64,000 nt of DNA, from positions 325,810,001-325,874,000 of the forward strand of contig OZ024743.1 in assembly GCA_964016885.1 (NCBI GenBank). The letters run 5' to 3'. This DNA is from Eledone cirrhosa. Taxonomy: Eukaryota. Every line of letters begins with the position of its first letter. Within the stretch, counting starts at the first letter, position 1. The translations under genes were made by a program, and so were the position numbers. The notes under the pieces are model-generated. The model saw nothing but the letters and a program-made list of their open reading frames with translations, was not told the DNA's origin and did not search any database. Positions 44,601 through 55,277 of the stretch are shown in pieces.

Positions 44601-47600
44601 TATCAGGTCGTCCCAGGTTTTTCTGGGTCTGCCTACTCCGTGGCTACCGTCTATCTTTATTGCCCTGCACTTTGTTATACAGCTGTCGTCTTTCATGCGC
44701 ATCACGTGACCATACCAACGTAGCCTTCTCTCGAGTAAACAACATCTGATCCGTCTTATTTCTAATTTTTCCCTTAGTTCGTTTATGCTTTGCCGTTCAC
44801 GTATATTACTATTACACATCCAGCGGAGCATGCAAGCTTCGTTCCTCTCTAGTCTGCGTATATCCTCTGCACACAATGCCCAGGTCTCACTGCCATGCAA
44901 CATTGCTGTTCGTATGCAGGCATCATACAACCTGCCTTTCATTTTTAGGGAGAACCCTTTAGCGGCTAATAGTGGTATAAGCTCTCTGAACTTTTTCCAT
45001 CCAGTTCTGACTCTAGCTACTGTACTTTCAGAGCACCCTCCCCCACTGCTGATTTTGTCACCCAGGTAACAGAAGCTGTCCACTATTTCTATAGAACCCT
45101 CTGCGCAATTGAAAGAGCTAGTATTTTGTGGGCACTTGCTGCTACTTATTGCACCAGAGCACCGGCCACATGTAAAATCTATGTTCTTAGTTAGCTTACC
45201 TGTGATCCCACTACATCTTTTATGCACCCATACTTTGCATTTGGGACATAAAATGGAGTTTCTACCTACGCCTTTCCTACACACTGAGCATGGCCATTTC
45301 ACGGAAGGGACCGACGCCTTATTTTCTTTATATAAAGAAATCATTATTGTTAATTAATCATTATTAACAATAGTATTATTATTAAAGCTGTTATAGCTGA
45401 GAGAGAGAGTGGTGACGAATTTTCTTTTTTTTTCTTAAGCTATGCAAAAGATACTGTTTATCTTTAAATCATAAATTTGGTGGTTTCAGTCATTTGTTAA
45501 ATGATTTATTCTCATGTTGTATATATGTAATTAAGTACTGTATGTATGTGTATATATATATAAACTTAATAAAGAAATCGCTATTATTAATCAAGAAATT
45601 ATCAAATTTTCAATCTGACTTTTGTATTATGTTATTGCCCCTACATTTCATCATCATCATCATCATCACCGTCTTACGTCCGTTCTTCCACGCTAGCATG
45701 GGTTAGACGGGTTGTCCTGTTGTGGGCAGTGTCTGGTCGGCTGAACATGCCTTGCTCATACAGGAACTGATCTGGCTTGATTTCTACAGTTGGATGCCCT
45801 TCCTAACACCAACCTCATTTACAGTGAGTGCTGGGTGCTTTTTCGTGGCGCCTACACGTCCACTTTACAGTGTGGGCTGGGTGCTTTTTTTTGCTGTGGC
45901 ACCTCCACGACCACCTTGCGGTGGGGGGTGTGGGGGCATATTGTCTATATGCTTCAGCTTGTACCCATGGGAGGTCGGGTACTCTGTATTACTGCGTGAC
46001 GCCAGAAGTCACGGTCGTGTGTCATTGTCTTTGAGAGGTGCAATTGGGTAAGGTCACCTTTTATCACCTCATCCCAGGTCATCTTGGGTCTCCCCACTCC
46101 GCGGTTTCCATCAACTTCTAGTGCTCTGCACCTTTTTATGCAGCTGTCATCCTTCATACGCATCACATGTCCATACCAGCGCAACCGCCTCTCCTGCACA
46201 CAGCATTTGGTTCCTCTTATGCTCAGTCTCTCTCTCAATTCATTTATGCTTTGTCATTCACGTATATTACTGTTACACATCCATCGGAGCATACAGGCTT
46301 CGTTTCTCTCTAATCTACGTAAGTCTTCCACCTTCAGCGCCCAGGTCTTACTACCATGCAACATCGCTGTTCGGATACACGCATCATACAGTCTGCCTTT
46401 CATTCTGAGGGAGAAGCCTTTTGCAGCTAGCAGTGGTAGTAGTTCCCTAAACTTCTTCCATCCCGTTCTTACCCTAGTTATTGTACTTTCTGAACACCCA
46501 CCTCCGCTGCTAATTCGGTCACCTAGGTAGAAGAAGCTGTCTACTGTTTCTACAGGGCCCTCCCAGAGATTGGTGGTACTTGTTTCCTGTGGCTGTTTGC
46601 TGTATCAGCACAGCTGCTGCATGTGAATCCTACATTCTTAATTAAGCTTCCTGAGATCCCGCTACATCTCTTGTGTACCCATTGTTTGCATTTGGGGCAG
46701 AGAATGGAGTTCCTACCTACACCTTTCCTACATACTGAGCAAGGCCATTTCCCTGAGGGGATCTGGGTTCTGTTTTCTCGTCTTCTTACAAGGACCTTAG
46801 TCTTTGTCATGTTGACTTTGAGACCCTTTCTTTCTAATCGCTGCTTCCAAGTTTAGAATTTCTTCTCTAGTTCTACCATAGATTCAGCTATAAGTGCGAG
46901 GTCATCTGCATACAGGAGTTTCCATAGGCATCCGGTCTTAAACTCCTCCGTTATTGCCTGCAGGACTATGATAAACAGGAGGGGGCTAAGAACAGAGCCC
47001 TGGTGGACCCCAACCTATACGCTAAATTCCTCGCTATACTCATTGCTAATCCTAACTTTGCTGACTGCTCCCCTATACATGGCTTGTACCGCTTTCACAA
47101 ACCATTCATCTACTCCTAGTTTTCTAAGAGCCCACCAGATTACAGAACGTGGAACTCTGTCAAAGGCTTTCTCAAGATCGACAAATGCCAAGTAGAGTGG
47201 CTTACTTTTAGCTAGGTACTTTTCCTGTAATTGCCTCACAAGGAAGAGGGCATCAGTGGTGCCTCTCCCTGGTACAAACCCAAATTGCATCTCGTCTATT
47301 TTCACCCGGTCCCTAATCAGCTGTGCTATAACTCTTTCTGTTACTTTCATGACCTGGTCCATCAACTTTATACCTCTATAGTTTCCTCTATCTAGTGCAT
47401 CGCCTTTACCTTTGTAGCAGTTGACAATGATGCTACTGCACCAATCTTTTGGTATGGCACCTTCTAGTATTACCTGGTTAACGATACATGTGGTTATAGT
47501 GTGACCTACAGACCCAGATGCCTTCAGCATCTCGGCAGCTATACCTGATGGACTGGTTGCCTTCCCCATCTTCATATCTTTGATTGCCTTACTTACTACG

Positions 47601-49557
47601 CTGCTGCTGACTTGTACTGTTGGTCCCTCTATAGGGTCTACTTGGGGTAAGGTCTCTTCTGCCCATGCATTCTCCTCATTTAGTAATCTATCATAATGAC
47701 TCTTCCATGCATCTTTCTTCTCAGCACTTGTGAGAGTAAGCTCACCTTTATCATTCTGGATATACTTCTCTCCAATGACATCACAACTATCTCTGACACA
47801 CTGCTTCGCAATCTTGAATACCTCCTGTTTCTGGTCCTCACGTTGCAAGACATGCTTGAATTTTCTATCCTCTGCTTCCCTCCTAGCTAAGTATACTTGT
47901 CGCCTAGCTTCCCTCTTGGTCTCTATGTAATGTACCCTGCTCCCCCCCGTTCTTCCATTCTTTCCATGCCTGTCTCTTGGCCTTAACTGCTTCATCTACC
48001 TTATTGTTCCACCACCAAGTCACTCTCCTCCTGCTTGAGGTCTTACTCCAACCACAGACCTCATCCGTCGCCTCTAGTAAATTATTTTTTAGGAACTCCC
48101 AGTTCTCTTCTACATTAAATATCTATCTGTTCTTCTTTACTGTCATAGGCGTTGAGTAAAATATCTTTAAATCTGTTACTGGTTGAGGGGACTTTCAGCT
48201 TCCAGATCTTTCTTCTCCAGGTTGGCCTCTGTTTCCGGGTTTGTCTAGTTCTGACCGTGAGGTCACTGACAACTAAGCTATGTTGGGATATACATTCGTT
48301 TAATATAACTTTGTAACATCTAAGTTTACACCGTATATGAGCAACCACTTGTGACTAAAGAAATCATTATTATTTTATTATAATATAGGACAGTAGTCAA
48401 TAAATTGCGATGTGAATTATAAATTGTCAGTTAAGCTACTTAGGAGTGGGCAACAAAAACACCTGCAAGACGGGTTTGCTGTTTACTTAGTATATCCAAA
48501 CACTTACGCATACATGTATGTCTCAGTGAATAATATTATTCCAAATGCTAGGAAGTAAAAGAAGAATAGCAACATTTTGATTCCTGAAATAATTGAACTC
48601 CAGAAGACAAACAGAGACTAATAAGAAACTGAATAACTGTACAGCCTTTTTGTCTGTCTGCCACATGGGCACTATAATCTGTTGAAAATGTTCTAAAATT
48701 CTATGCAGAAGTCATGGAATATGAAGTTAAGGCAAAAAAAGAAGGGGTGGGTGGGTTATATGTCTCTCTCTCTCTATATATATATATTATATATATATAT
48801 ATATATAATCATCATCATCATCCATCATTTCATTTTACGTCCACTTTTTCCCTGCTTGCAAGGGTGGGACGGGAACTGATTCTGGCTTGATTTCTACAGC
48901 TGGATGCCCTTTCTAACACCAACCTCATTTACAGTGAGTGCTGGGTGCTTTTTGCCGTGGCACCTACACGTCCACTTTACAGTGTGGGCTGGGTCCTTTT
49001 TCGCCGTAGCACCTCCACGACCACTTTGCAGTGGAATGATATGGGCCCCAGTCCCTATCATCTCTTTTCTACAGCTGAGTAAACTGGAGCAATGTGAAAT
49101 AAAGTGTCTTGTTCAAGGAAACAACACATCACCCGGTCTGAGAATTGAACTCACAACCTTTCGATTGCAAGGCCAATGCTGTAACCACTAAGCCATGTGC
49201 CTCCACATATCTATATATATATCTGTGTGTTAAAGAGTGAGATTTAAGTTTAACATGTTTTATTATTCATAATCCCATGTTTCGCAAATGACCAGATTGA
49301 AGCCTTAATCTATTACAATCAGCTTCAACTCTGGGATTGATTTCATCATCAGATGCAATGGAAGATGTTCATGATTATGAATAAAATATATTAAACTGAA
49401 ACTTTCATCTCTCATTCTTAATATAAACACTCTGCATATTACACCAATATCAACCAGATATCAGTGTTAATACACACTTTTAATACTGAATATCCAATTC
49501 ACATAAAAGTTCCAACAGGTGCCACCTATAGTAATATATTATTATCCACCAACTGGC

Positions 49558-49588
<31 letters not shown>

Positions 49589-50613
49589 TTGCGAGGTTTT
49601 TGATATGAAATTGTGTGTCAAAACAAATATTGTTATACTTGAGGAGGGTCATATTTGTGTAATATTGCCAGAATTAATAACAGAACACACTCACTGTTTG
49701 GTTGGTTTTCGCTTTTCGCTTCTGTGTCTTTTATATCGGTTAATTTAATTTATTCGCTCCTCAATGCTGCCATTGACTGACCAACGGTAAAAAATACAGA
49801 TACAATATAGACACAAACACATATATATAGTTTATCAAAGTTCTTTTGTTGCACATCTGCAACATCGTCAGTGGTGCTATTGTTTCCTCCCGGTGCATTG
49901 TATTTTCTACGCCATCTTTATTTAGTCTGTTTATATATTTTTTTTTTTTCTTTGCGCATGCGTTTGCGTGTGTGTTCATGATTGGGTGACTATGTATTGG
50001 TTAATGTATTCTATCTTTACTAGTGTGTGTTTATATGTGTTTGTTGTTATTGTGCTTGTGAAAAAATGAATGGAATAACACCCAAACAAACAACACTGAC
50101 CTAAGAGAAGTATAAATAAATAAATAAATAGATAGATAAATAAATAAATAAATACATACACAAGCACAATAACAACAAACACATAAACACACACTAGTAA
50201 AGATAGAATACATTAACCAATACATAGTCACCCAATCACGAACACACATCAAACAAAACACTATACACACATGCAAACGCATGCGCAAAGAAGACAAAAA
50301 AAAATATATATATATATATAAACAGACTAAATAAAGATGGCGTAGAAAATACAATGCAATGGGAGGAAACAATAGCACCACTGACGATGTTGCAGATGTG
50401 CAACGAAAGAACTTTGATAAACTATATGTCTTTGTGTCTATATTGTATCTGTATTTTTGACCGTTGGTCAGTCAATGGCAACATTGAGGAGCGAATAAAT
50501 TAAATTAACCGATATAAAAGACACAGAAGCGAAATGCGAAAACCAACCAAACAGTGAGTGTGTTCTGTTATTAATTCTGGCAATATTACACAAATATGAC
50601 CCTCCCCAAGTAT

Positions 50614-50651
<38 letters not shown>

Positions 50652-53600
50652 TAGAGCCTAGTTATATCCCATAGATTAAAGTGCATTTGTTGATGTACTT
50701 TAATGTATGGAATATTATAACCTTTGGCCTATAGAACAAAACCACCACAACATAATTCTGTAAATCAATGTCACTTCCAGGGGAAGATAGTAGAAACAAT
50801 TGGAAACTTTGTTACTTGTGTCAGGAGAAAACAAATGAAAAGTTAATTGAATTATATGGTAGTGGTTATGTTACTATTGCAACCAACATTCCTGAATTTT
50901 ACACTGAGAATGCAATACCCATACCATTTGATTTCAATAGGCTACATGAAGTAAAATATGAATAATATATGCTGAATTTTAAAACCCTAATTAATAATGC
51001 TAAACATAAACACAATTGTTTTATTCTTTTACTGGTTTTAATCACTAGATTGTGGCCATGCCGAGGCACTGCTTTGATTTAATTGATCATATCAACCCAA
51101 GCACTTGGACAATTGCCCAAGGTGCTGTGCAGCTGGATTGAACTCAGAACAACTAGTGCCTATTAGTAGAACAAACTATTATTATGTTCTATGTCATTAT
51201 AATAGGTAAACATTAACAACAATATACCACAGTATTTTTTTGTATTCTTTAGTACATCAAATCACTCAAACTTTGACACTAATTTTGACAACTCCACAAA
51301 ATATTACAAATCTACTTAATATTTATATTTACAACTTATACTCTCTGCATCTTCCATCATTACTTTCCTAGCCTTTTCGAAGATACAAATAATGTCCTAG
51401 TGTCGTAATGTGGTAGTTTGATGTCACAATAAAATACTCCCAGTTCCCACAGTAAAGTAATAGTGTTGGTCCCATAATAAAATGTTTCTAATACACACTA
51501 TAATATGGTTTGTTAGGAAGGGCATCCAGCTGAGGAAACTAGCCCAAAATGGAATGCAAGTTAGACATGGTCAAGGGAAAATGATGTTAAATGGCAATGA
51601 TGAAGATAAATTTTAGTGTTTCATGTTTTCATTTAAAAGTAGACACTTTGAACTACAATGTGACCAAGTATGATTATCTTGGCATTAATAGTAAAACAAA
51701 TTATGAAGGTTTAAATGTCACAAAACTTTGATCACAATTTTCCATTAAGTTTGACGTAGGCACTTAGGGCTGGTGACACCACTGAGATGATGTAATCATA
51801 ATTTAAGTGTCAAAGAATACTTCTGCATAGTCAAATTAGTCAGAATAAATGCATTGTTCCATGTGGCAATAACTTATGAACCAGAAATATTATTATTAAT
51901 AGCTTTGCTGGCCATTTTGTAACCATATTGATAAAATCTGGATTTAATTAACAGAAAAACCCCCAAAAAAACCCACACTTGTAGAATATAAATATTTCCA
52001 AAATATAACAATTTTGTCACCATCTTGGCATATATATAGGTGGCTGAGTGTTGATTTTGATTTACAGAGATATTGTTAGTTTTCATAACAAATTTCTTGC
52101 TTGTGTCACAATTTTCTCACTATCCTGCCCCACTACATATGCAGAAGTCTAAACAGCACTACTTACAGAACTAACTCATCATCAACATGTTATACCTATT
52201 TTCCATCCTTGCATGGGTTTGATAGGTTGTCACATTCTGAGGCTTGACAAGTCAGATGACTGCGTCTCATTCAGAAGTTCCATTCTAGCATGGTTTCTAC
52301 AGCTTGATGCTTTTCCTAATGCCAACCACTTCATAGCGTGTACTAAGTGCTGCCACCTGTCAAGGTAGACTAGGTGCTCTTTATCATGGCACCAGCATTA
52401 GCACTTTACAGAATCAGCACAAACACTAATTAAGTCAATTGTTACCATTTAATGTATATGTGAATGTAACATTTCAATGAATTGCAAGTTTTGTTTGTAT
52501 TTAACACAACAATTTGACACCTGATAGAAACAGCATCCAACTCTCACTTACCACAATCTAGTGTGTGTGCGTATGCGTGTGTATATATATACACACACAC
52601 ACACATATAATCCAGCAATGGAAGCTTTGCAGTCACCTATAATGGACACTGAGTGATCACACAAACTGGTATACATGGCACCAAAATCTCCCACAAATCA
52701 CAACTTAGTCTTACAGAAGTACAAATTGGACAACAGTCTCCAATATCAAGGAACATATGATCACAGCTGGAACATCTTTTATCATAAGTTGACTTAATCA
52801 TACTTAACTGATTATAGCATATTGTAAATATCTTTTATATTCAAATGTTTTCCATTCAGATTTCCTTATATACAGTGCATGTGTGAGGGGTGAAATCAAA
52901 CAGGAAAAAAAAAGTGAATTTAAAAGTGAATCACCATTATTGGTTTAGACTAAAAAAATATTGGGAAAATTTGAAATGTAATCATTCCAATGTAAGTGAT
53001 CACATCATCAATCATTATAAATAATTGTTTCTACGTTAGGCACAAGGCCAGCAATTAACCAGTGTATTACTGGTACTTTATTTTATCGACCCCGTAAGGA
53101 TGAGAGGCAAAGTTAACCTCGAGTTTAGAAAATCTGATAAAGTACCCATATAACTACTTTTTTTTGTCTTCAGAGGTACCTTAACCAATTTTTCAACTAT
53201 TTCTAGTGATCAACTATCATTTTCCAGCATAGTTACGTCCCTTTACAATCCGAGTTCAAATCCCGCCGAGGTCGACTTGCATCCTTACGGGGTCGATAAA
53301 ATAAAGTACCAGTAATGCACTGGGTGATTGCTGGCCTTGTGCCTAAAGTAGAAACAATTATACTAATTTGCATTAGGACGACTACATTTCAAATTATTAT
53401 CACAATTAATATTAATCCTCGTTTCACTCGAAGAAGAAATCAGGGAGAAGAGGGAAGTGCTGCCTTCCAACTAATTTGTTGAAAGGTGGATGAGAGTGGC
53501 AAGTATGGTCCAAGTAACCAGGCCCACTCTGAACATGCACCTGTAGATTGGAGTGGACACTTTCCCTACCGATCAGGGTCACTGTGGCTTTTTATGGAGT

Positions 53601-55147
53601 TTCTTTACAAGTGATCATCAAAAACCTTCCCCCTATTGGGGAATTTTCTTTGTTTAAATTTTTTTACATGTTTATTGTTTTTTAACATTTTTTACACACA
53701 AAATCCTACATTGTATCATTCTGTTCCATCTTTTCTTGATGTAAACCCTGCGTGGCTGATAAAGAAATTATTATCAATCCTCTTCTTCCCACTTGGAAAA
53801 TAAGACATCACTATTTTATGTTAACTAGGCAGGTTTTAGATGCATTTTTCTTAGTTTAGCTTCAACTGGTGTTCTTTGACTGTTCAGGCTTTTGCTCTAT
53901 GTCACGTCTTCCTTAATGTGACTTTTAAATATCTGGTCTTGGGCCATGTTGAGTGTATGTCGTAGCCACCTGAGCTGCCAGAATTTTCTTTTCAAGGATC
54001 ACACTATTGCAAATAACTTTGCATTACAGCTCTAAATTTGACACTATTGAACCAAAAGATGCAGTAAATTTTCGCCAGGTATCCGTTGTGGAAAACCCTG
54101 AGTTATCAGGCAAACGATCACAAAATCTAAATCCTCAATAGTCGCCTGTTCGTGTATTAACCACCGTAAGTATGTCTGCTATTTCGCCCTGTGTACTTTG
54201 ACACATCACCCAGTGATAGACCATCAAGAAAAATATCCCAGCACTAGAATAAATGCTATTATTATAGAACACCTCCCACATCGATTTCAGTGAAAAATAA
54301 TTGTCTTTTTTTTTTTTTTTTTTTTTTTGTATTTCGAGTGCTATCAACTAATAGGACCTCCGATACTGTAAAGCACTTTTCCCCAGGGAAAGGGAGGGAG
54401 AAGTGTGGGTGTGGAAGGACTGGAACTTCCCCCCCACCCCCACTTCCGAAATTTTCTTTTTCGTGTGTTAACTGTACCTCACGACAAATGTCGTTAGGGC
54501 TAGCGTGTTTGGAGGTCAGATTCGTCGATAACACGAGGAAAAATAAAAACATTTATTACCAAACGCGAGGAGAATGAAGAACTGCGAAACTCCACAAGTC
54601 AGAATGAACTGCGCAAAACACCAGGTTACTAGAGTGAGCCCACTACTTCATACAAATAAAAAAACTATACATGTATTTTGTCACTTGCAGCTCTATACGT
54701 ATGTCTGTATAGTATGCATATACACATCATTGTTGTATCTACACTTTCTTTAAATATGGAATACTAGATTTAACTAGTAACATATCTTTATATATGTGTG
54801 TAAACATACATATGCACACACACACATATATATATAAAACGAAATTATATGCAGTAAGCGAGACTGCGTAAACAGACATGTAAACATGTTTAATTTTACG
54901 TACTTGCTTATAAATTGGAAGATTACAGGATATACGAAAAATGTGACATATATATATATCATTTATATATATATATATATATATATTTTTGCAATTTCGA
55001 TTACTTCTATATTATATATAGGTATAAATTTATAGTTAACTTGGGCTGCTTAGCGCACAACTTAATACATAATACGAGGGCATATAAATATAAGGTAAAT
55101 AAAAGTATACTTACGCTGCCCGTGAGGCCACCTAGAATACAACCCAT
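5884..55147 (-). CDS. SERINC: Serine incorporator (SERINC/TDE family) multi-pass membrane protein, whole gene span; 12 coding exons, 454 aa
   Basis: Exons join in frame with GT-AG boundaries (33+165+197+80+138+77+97+87+124+74+154+139=1365 nt). Family motifs: Cys-rich N-terminus, [79 protein letters not shown]. The paralog cannot be assigned. Confidence 0.95.
7059..7423 (-). mobile_element. 5'-truncated RTE 3' UTR copy (or SINE sharing the RTE tail) ending in (GAT)n
   Basis: Nearly the same as 45648-46020; related copies near 34654-34915 and 48810-49035. Confidence 0.85.
7911..8064 (-). CDS. SERINC: SERINC exon 11 (GSTKSEDGE...[33 protein letters not shown])
   Basis: AG acceptor, GTTAGT donor, 154 nt, phase 1-2. 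Confidence 0.96.
9790..10480 (-). mobile_element. Highly decayed RTE fragment
   Basis: Resembles the RT/C-terminal part of the 45648-48330 element (e.g. aagcatcatacaacct, agaagggggctgaggactga). Confidence 0.7.
10832..10843 (-). CDS. Candidate 12-nt microexon of SERINC (DSIL)
   Basis: cttcttcAG ACAGCATCTTAG GTAATA; phase 1-1, in frame; short enough to occur by chance. Confidence 0.3.
   Translation of the reverse strand, partial: TAS
14451..15257. mobile_element. Degenerate TIR element with subrepeat-rich arms (TGTAATTCTAAGTGAG...CTCACTTAGAATTACA), interrupted by a SINE
   Basis: 14451-14535 is an imperfect reverse complement of about 15130-15257; internal TTCAAAGTGAG subrepeats. Confidence 0.6.
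14684..14870 (+). mobile_element. tRNA-type SINE family (GGCGGTGGATTGGCAG...GTTCAAATCC...GGCCTTGTGCC). Other copies at about 29519-29720(+), 37068-37250(-), 38271-38417(+), 53022-53121(-), 53226-53360(+), 63179-63345(+), 63755-63965(-)
   Basis: Multiple dispersed similar copies with a B-box-like GTTCAAATCC. Confidence 0.85.
15343..15372 (-). CDS. Candidate 30-nt alternative microexon of SERINC ([10 protein letters not shown])
   Basis: Pyrimidine tract ttttctttcttacctgctgcccttgtAG, then CC ACA GAG GCC ATA CTT CTA AAT GAC ACT G, then GTATGT. Symmetric phase 1-1 with no stop. Confidence 0.6.
16917..17614. mobile_element. Nested foldback element with a hammerhead-like core in each arm, flanked by (TA)n
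   Basis: Arms 16989-17117 and 17486-17614 are near-perfect reverse complements; inner perfect 31-bp hairpin at 17301-17374; shares sequence with 61094-61282. Confidence 0.85.
19980..21930 (+). mobile_element. Degenerate RTE-clade LINE (RT and C-terminus, GAT tail)
   Basis: Fragments [39 protein letters not shown]; many stops. Confidence 0.88.
22800..23640 (+). mobile_element. Ancient CR1/Jockey-group LINE RT remnant
   Basis: [16 protein letters not shown] and [17 protein letters not shown] motifs in broken frames. Confidence 0.7.
23938..24264. mobile_element. MITE with about 21-bp TIRs and TA ends (Tc1/mariner-type)
   Basis: TACTCTTGGGTCCCAAATAAT ... ATTATTCGAGAACCGAGAGTA (4 mismatches). 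Confidence 0.65.
24611..24862. repeat. Degenerate ~33-bp minisatellite
   Basis: Repeated actag...atacagttgtgataa units. Confidence 0.75.
25137..25210 (-). CDS. SERINC: SERINC exon 10 ([24 protein letters not shown])
   Basis: tttcAG acceptor, GTAAGA donor, 74 nt, phase 2-1. Confidence 0.93.
25995..26118 (-). CDS. SERINC: SERINC exon 9 (DCACNPQ...[18 protein letters not shown])
   Basis: AG acceptor, GTAATA donor, 124 nt, phase 1-2. Confidence 0.93.
26832..26918 (-). CDS. SERINC: SERINC exon 8 ([29 protein letters not shown])
   Basis: AG acceptor, GTAAGC donor, 87 nt, phase 1-1. Confidence 0.95.
28434..28530 (-). CDS. SERINC: SERINC exon 7 ([18 protein letters not shown]...LPKVQE)
   Basis: AG acceptor, GTAGGG donor, 97 nt, phase 0-1. 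Confidence 0.95.
28592..29468 (+). mobile_element. 5'-truncated RTE LINE 3' end plus 3' UTR
   Basis: [11 protein letters not shown] motif; inverted near-copy of about 44135-45030. Confidence 0.92.
30485..30561 (-). CDS. SERINC: SERINC exon 6 ([26 protein letters not shown])
   Basis: ttccAG acceptor, GTCAGT donor, 77 nt, phase 1-0, hydrophobic TM helix. Confidence 0.9.
30999..31027 (+). ncRNA. Minimal hammerhead-like motif (Penelope type)
   Basis: CTGATGA-GGT(gatcag)ACT-GAAAC-AT-GTC with palindromic ACATGT; proximal stem I is poor. Confidence 0.55.
31165..31420 (-). mobile_element. tRNA-derived SINE (same family as 60298-60580)
   Basis: Reverse complement shows gtgttcttgagcaaaac and the ...ggcctgatgag 3' part. 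Confidence 0.7.
32020..32700 (+). mobile_element. Penelope-like element remnant (GIY-YIG endonuclease followed by a hammerhead-like motif)
   Basis: 32289-32342 encodes [18 protein letters not shown]; 32586-32623 reads GCGT-CTGAAAA-G-AGGG(taatag)CCCT-GAAATATC-ATGC. Confidence 0.8.
32837..33304 (+). mobile_element. Non-autonomous Helitron
   Basis: 5' TC(TC)TATATATAA start with a GT microsatellite; 3' hairpin CCCGTGCAACGTCGGG then CTAG|T; internal ~115-bp tandem duplication. Confidence 0.8.
33346..33483 (-). CDS. SERINC: SERINC exon 5 ([30 protein letters not shown]...YYF)
   Basis: AG acceptor, GTATGA donor, 138 nt, phase 1-1; overlaps ORF 33239..33490. Confidence 0.95.
33836..33915 (-). CDS. 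SERINC: SERINC exon 4 ([26 protein letters not shown])
   Basis: AG acceptor, GTAAGT donor, 80 nt, phase 2-1. Confidence 0.95.
34060..34640 (-). mobile_element. Decayed LINE (RTE-like) C-terminal fragment
   Basis: Minus strand reads [10 protein letters not shown], the RTE C-terminal GRP motif. Confidence 0.55.
34992..35188 (-). CDS. SERINC: SERINC exon 3 (IPGLC...[11 protein letters not shown]...DPRSGIQNG)
   Basis: AG acceptor, GTATGT donor, 197 nt, phase 0-2. Confidence 0.95.
35301..35465 (-). CDS. SERINC: SERINC exon 2 ([14 protein letters not shown]...RSDLDK)
   Basis: ttttcAG acceptor, GTAAGT donor, 165 nt, phase 0-0. Confidence 0.95.
40337..42137 (+). mobile_element. CR1-clade LINE, 5'-truncated, RT domain with few frameshifts
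   Basis: [48 protein letters not shown]...WNKLP; (ATT)n tail; bounded by (TA)n on both sides. Confidence 0.95.
42559..42600 (+). ncRNA. Hammerhead-like motif lacking G12, inside a decayed inverted repeat (42431-42469 / 42695-42734)
   Basis: CTT-CTGATGA-GAACC(caaaaaa)GGTTC-AAAG-ATCGAT-TC-AAG. Confidence 0.55.
44120..45310 (-). mobile_element. 5'-truncated RTE LINE with an open C-terminal ORF (Cys-rich PHD-like insert) plus 3' UTR
   Basis: 279-aa ORF 44505-45344: CSVC...CPKC...HKRC...[26 protein letters not shown]; (GAT)n tail. Confidence 0.95.
45648..48330 (-). mobile_element. RTE LINE with RT domain (ORF 47015-47995), frameshifted
   Basis: [44 protein letters not shown]; (GAT)n tail at 45648. 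Confidence 0.96.
49232..49419 (-). mobile_element. Small foldback element enclosing a hammerhead-like core with a long stem II (49279-49352)
   Basis: Arms about 49232-49274 / 49373-49419; minus strand CTGATGA...CCAGAGTTGAAGC...GCTTCAATCTGG...GAAAC; cleavage triplet lost. Confidence 0.6.
49628..50620. mobile_element. ~1-kb palindromic (foldback) element between (TA)n tracts, with a hammerhead core in each arm
   Basis: Arms 49628-50060 and 50159-50620 are highly similar reverse complements; 98-nt spacer. Confidence 0.93.
50377..50418 (+). ncRNA. Minimal hammerhead ribozyme motif
   Basis: ACCA-CTGACGA-T-GTTGCA(gatg)TGCAAC-GAAAG-AA-CTT-TGAT: intact core, perfect 6-bp stem II, 3 of 4 pairs in stem I. 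Confidence 0.7.
55115..55147 (-). CDS. SERINC: SERINC coding exon 1 ([11 protein letters not shown])
   Basis: ATG GGT TGT ... GGC AGC followed by a GTAAGT donor, phase 0 matching exon 2. The MG start is typical of the family, and promoter motifs lie just upstream. Confidence 0.85.
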
Positions 55148-55277
55148 TCCTTTGGGGCTAGTGAATGTTACAGAAAAACAGTAGTTGTATCTTGATGTGA
55201 TGTACGGTTAAATAATGAAATATGTTAGGTGTACTATATTAAACGACGAAAATAAAAACAAACTATCAACACTTCCT

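Noticed and set aside
49761-50381. Short hydrophobic ORFs in the palindrome
   Set aside because: Low-complexity sequence with no recognisable domain or splice signals
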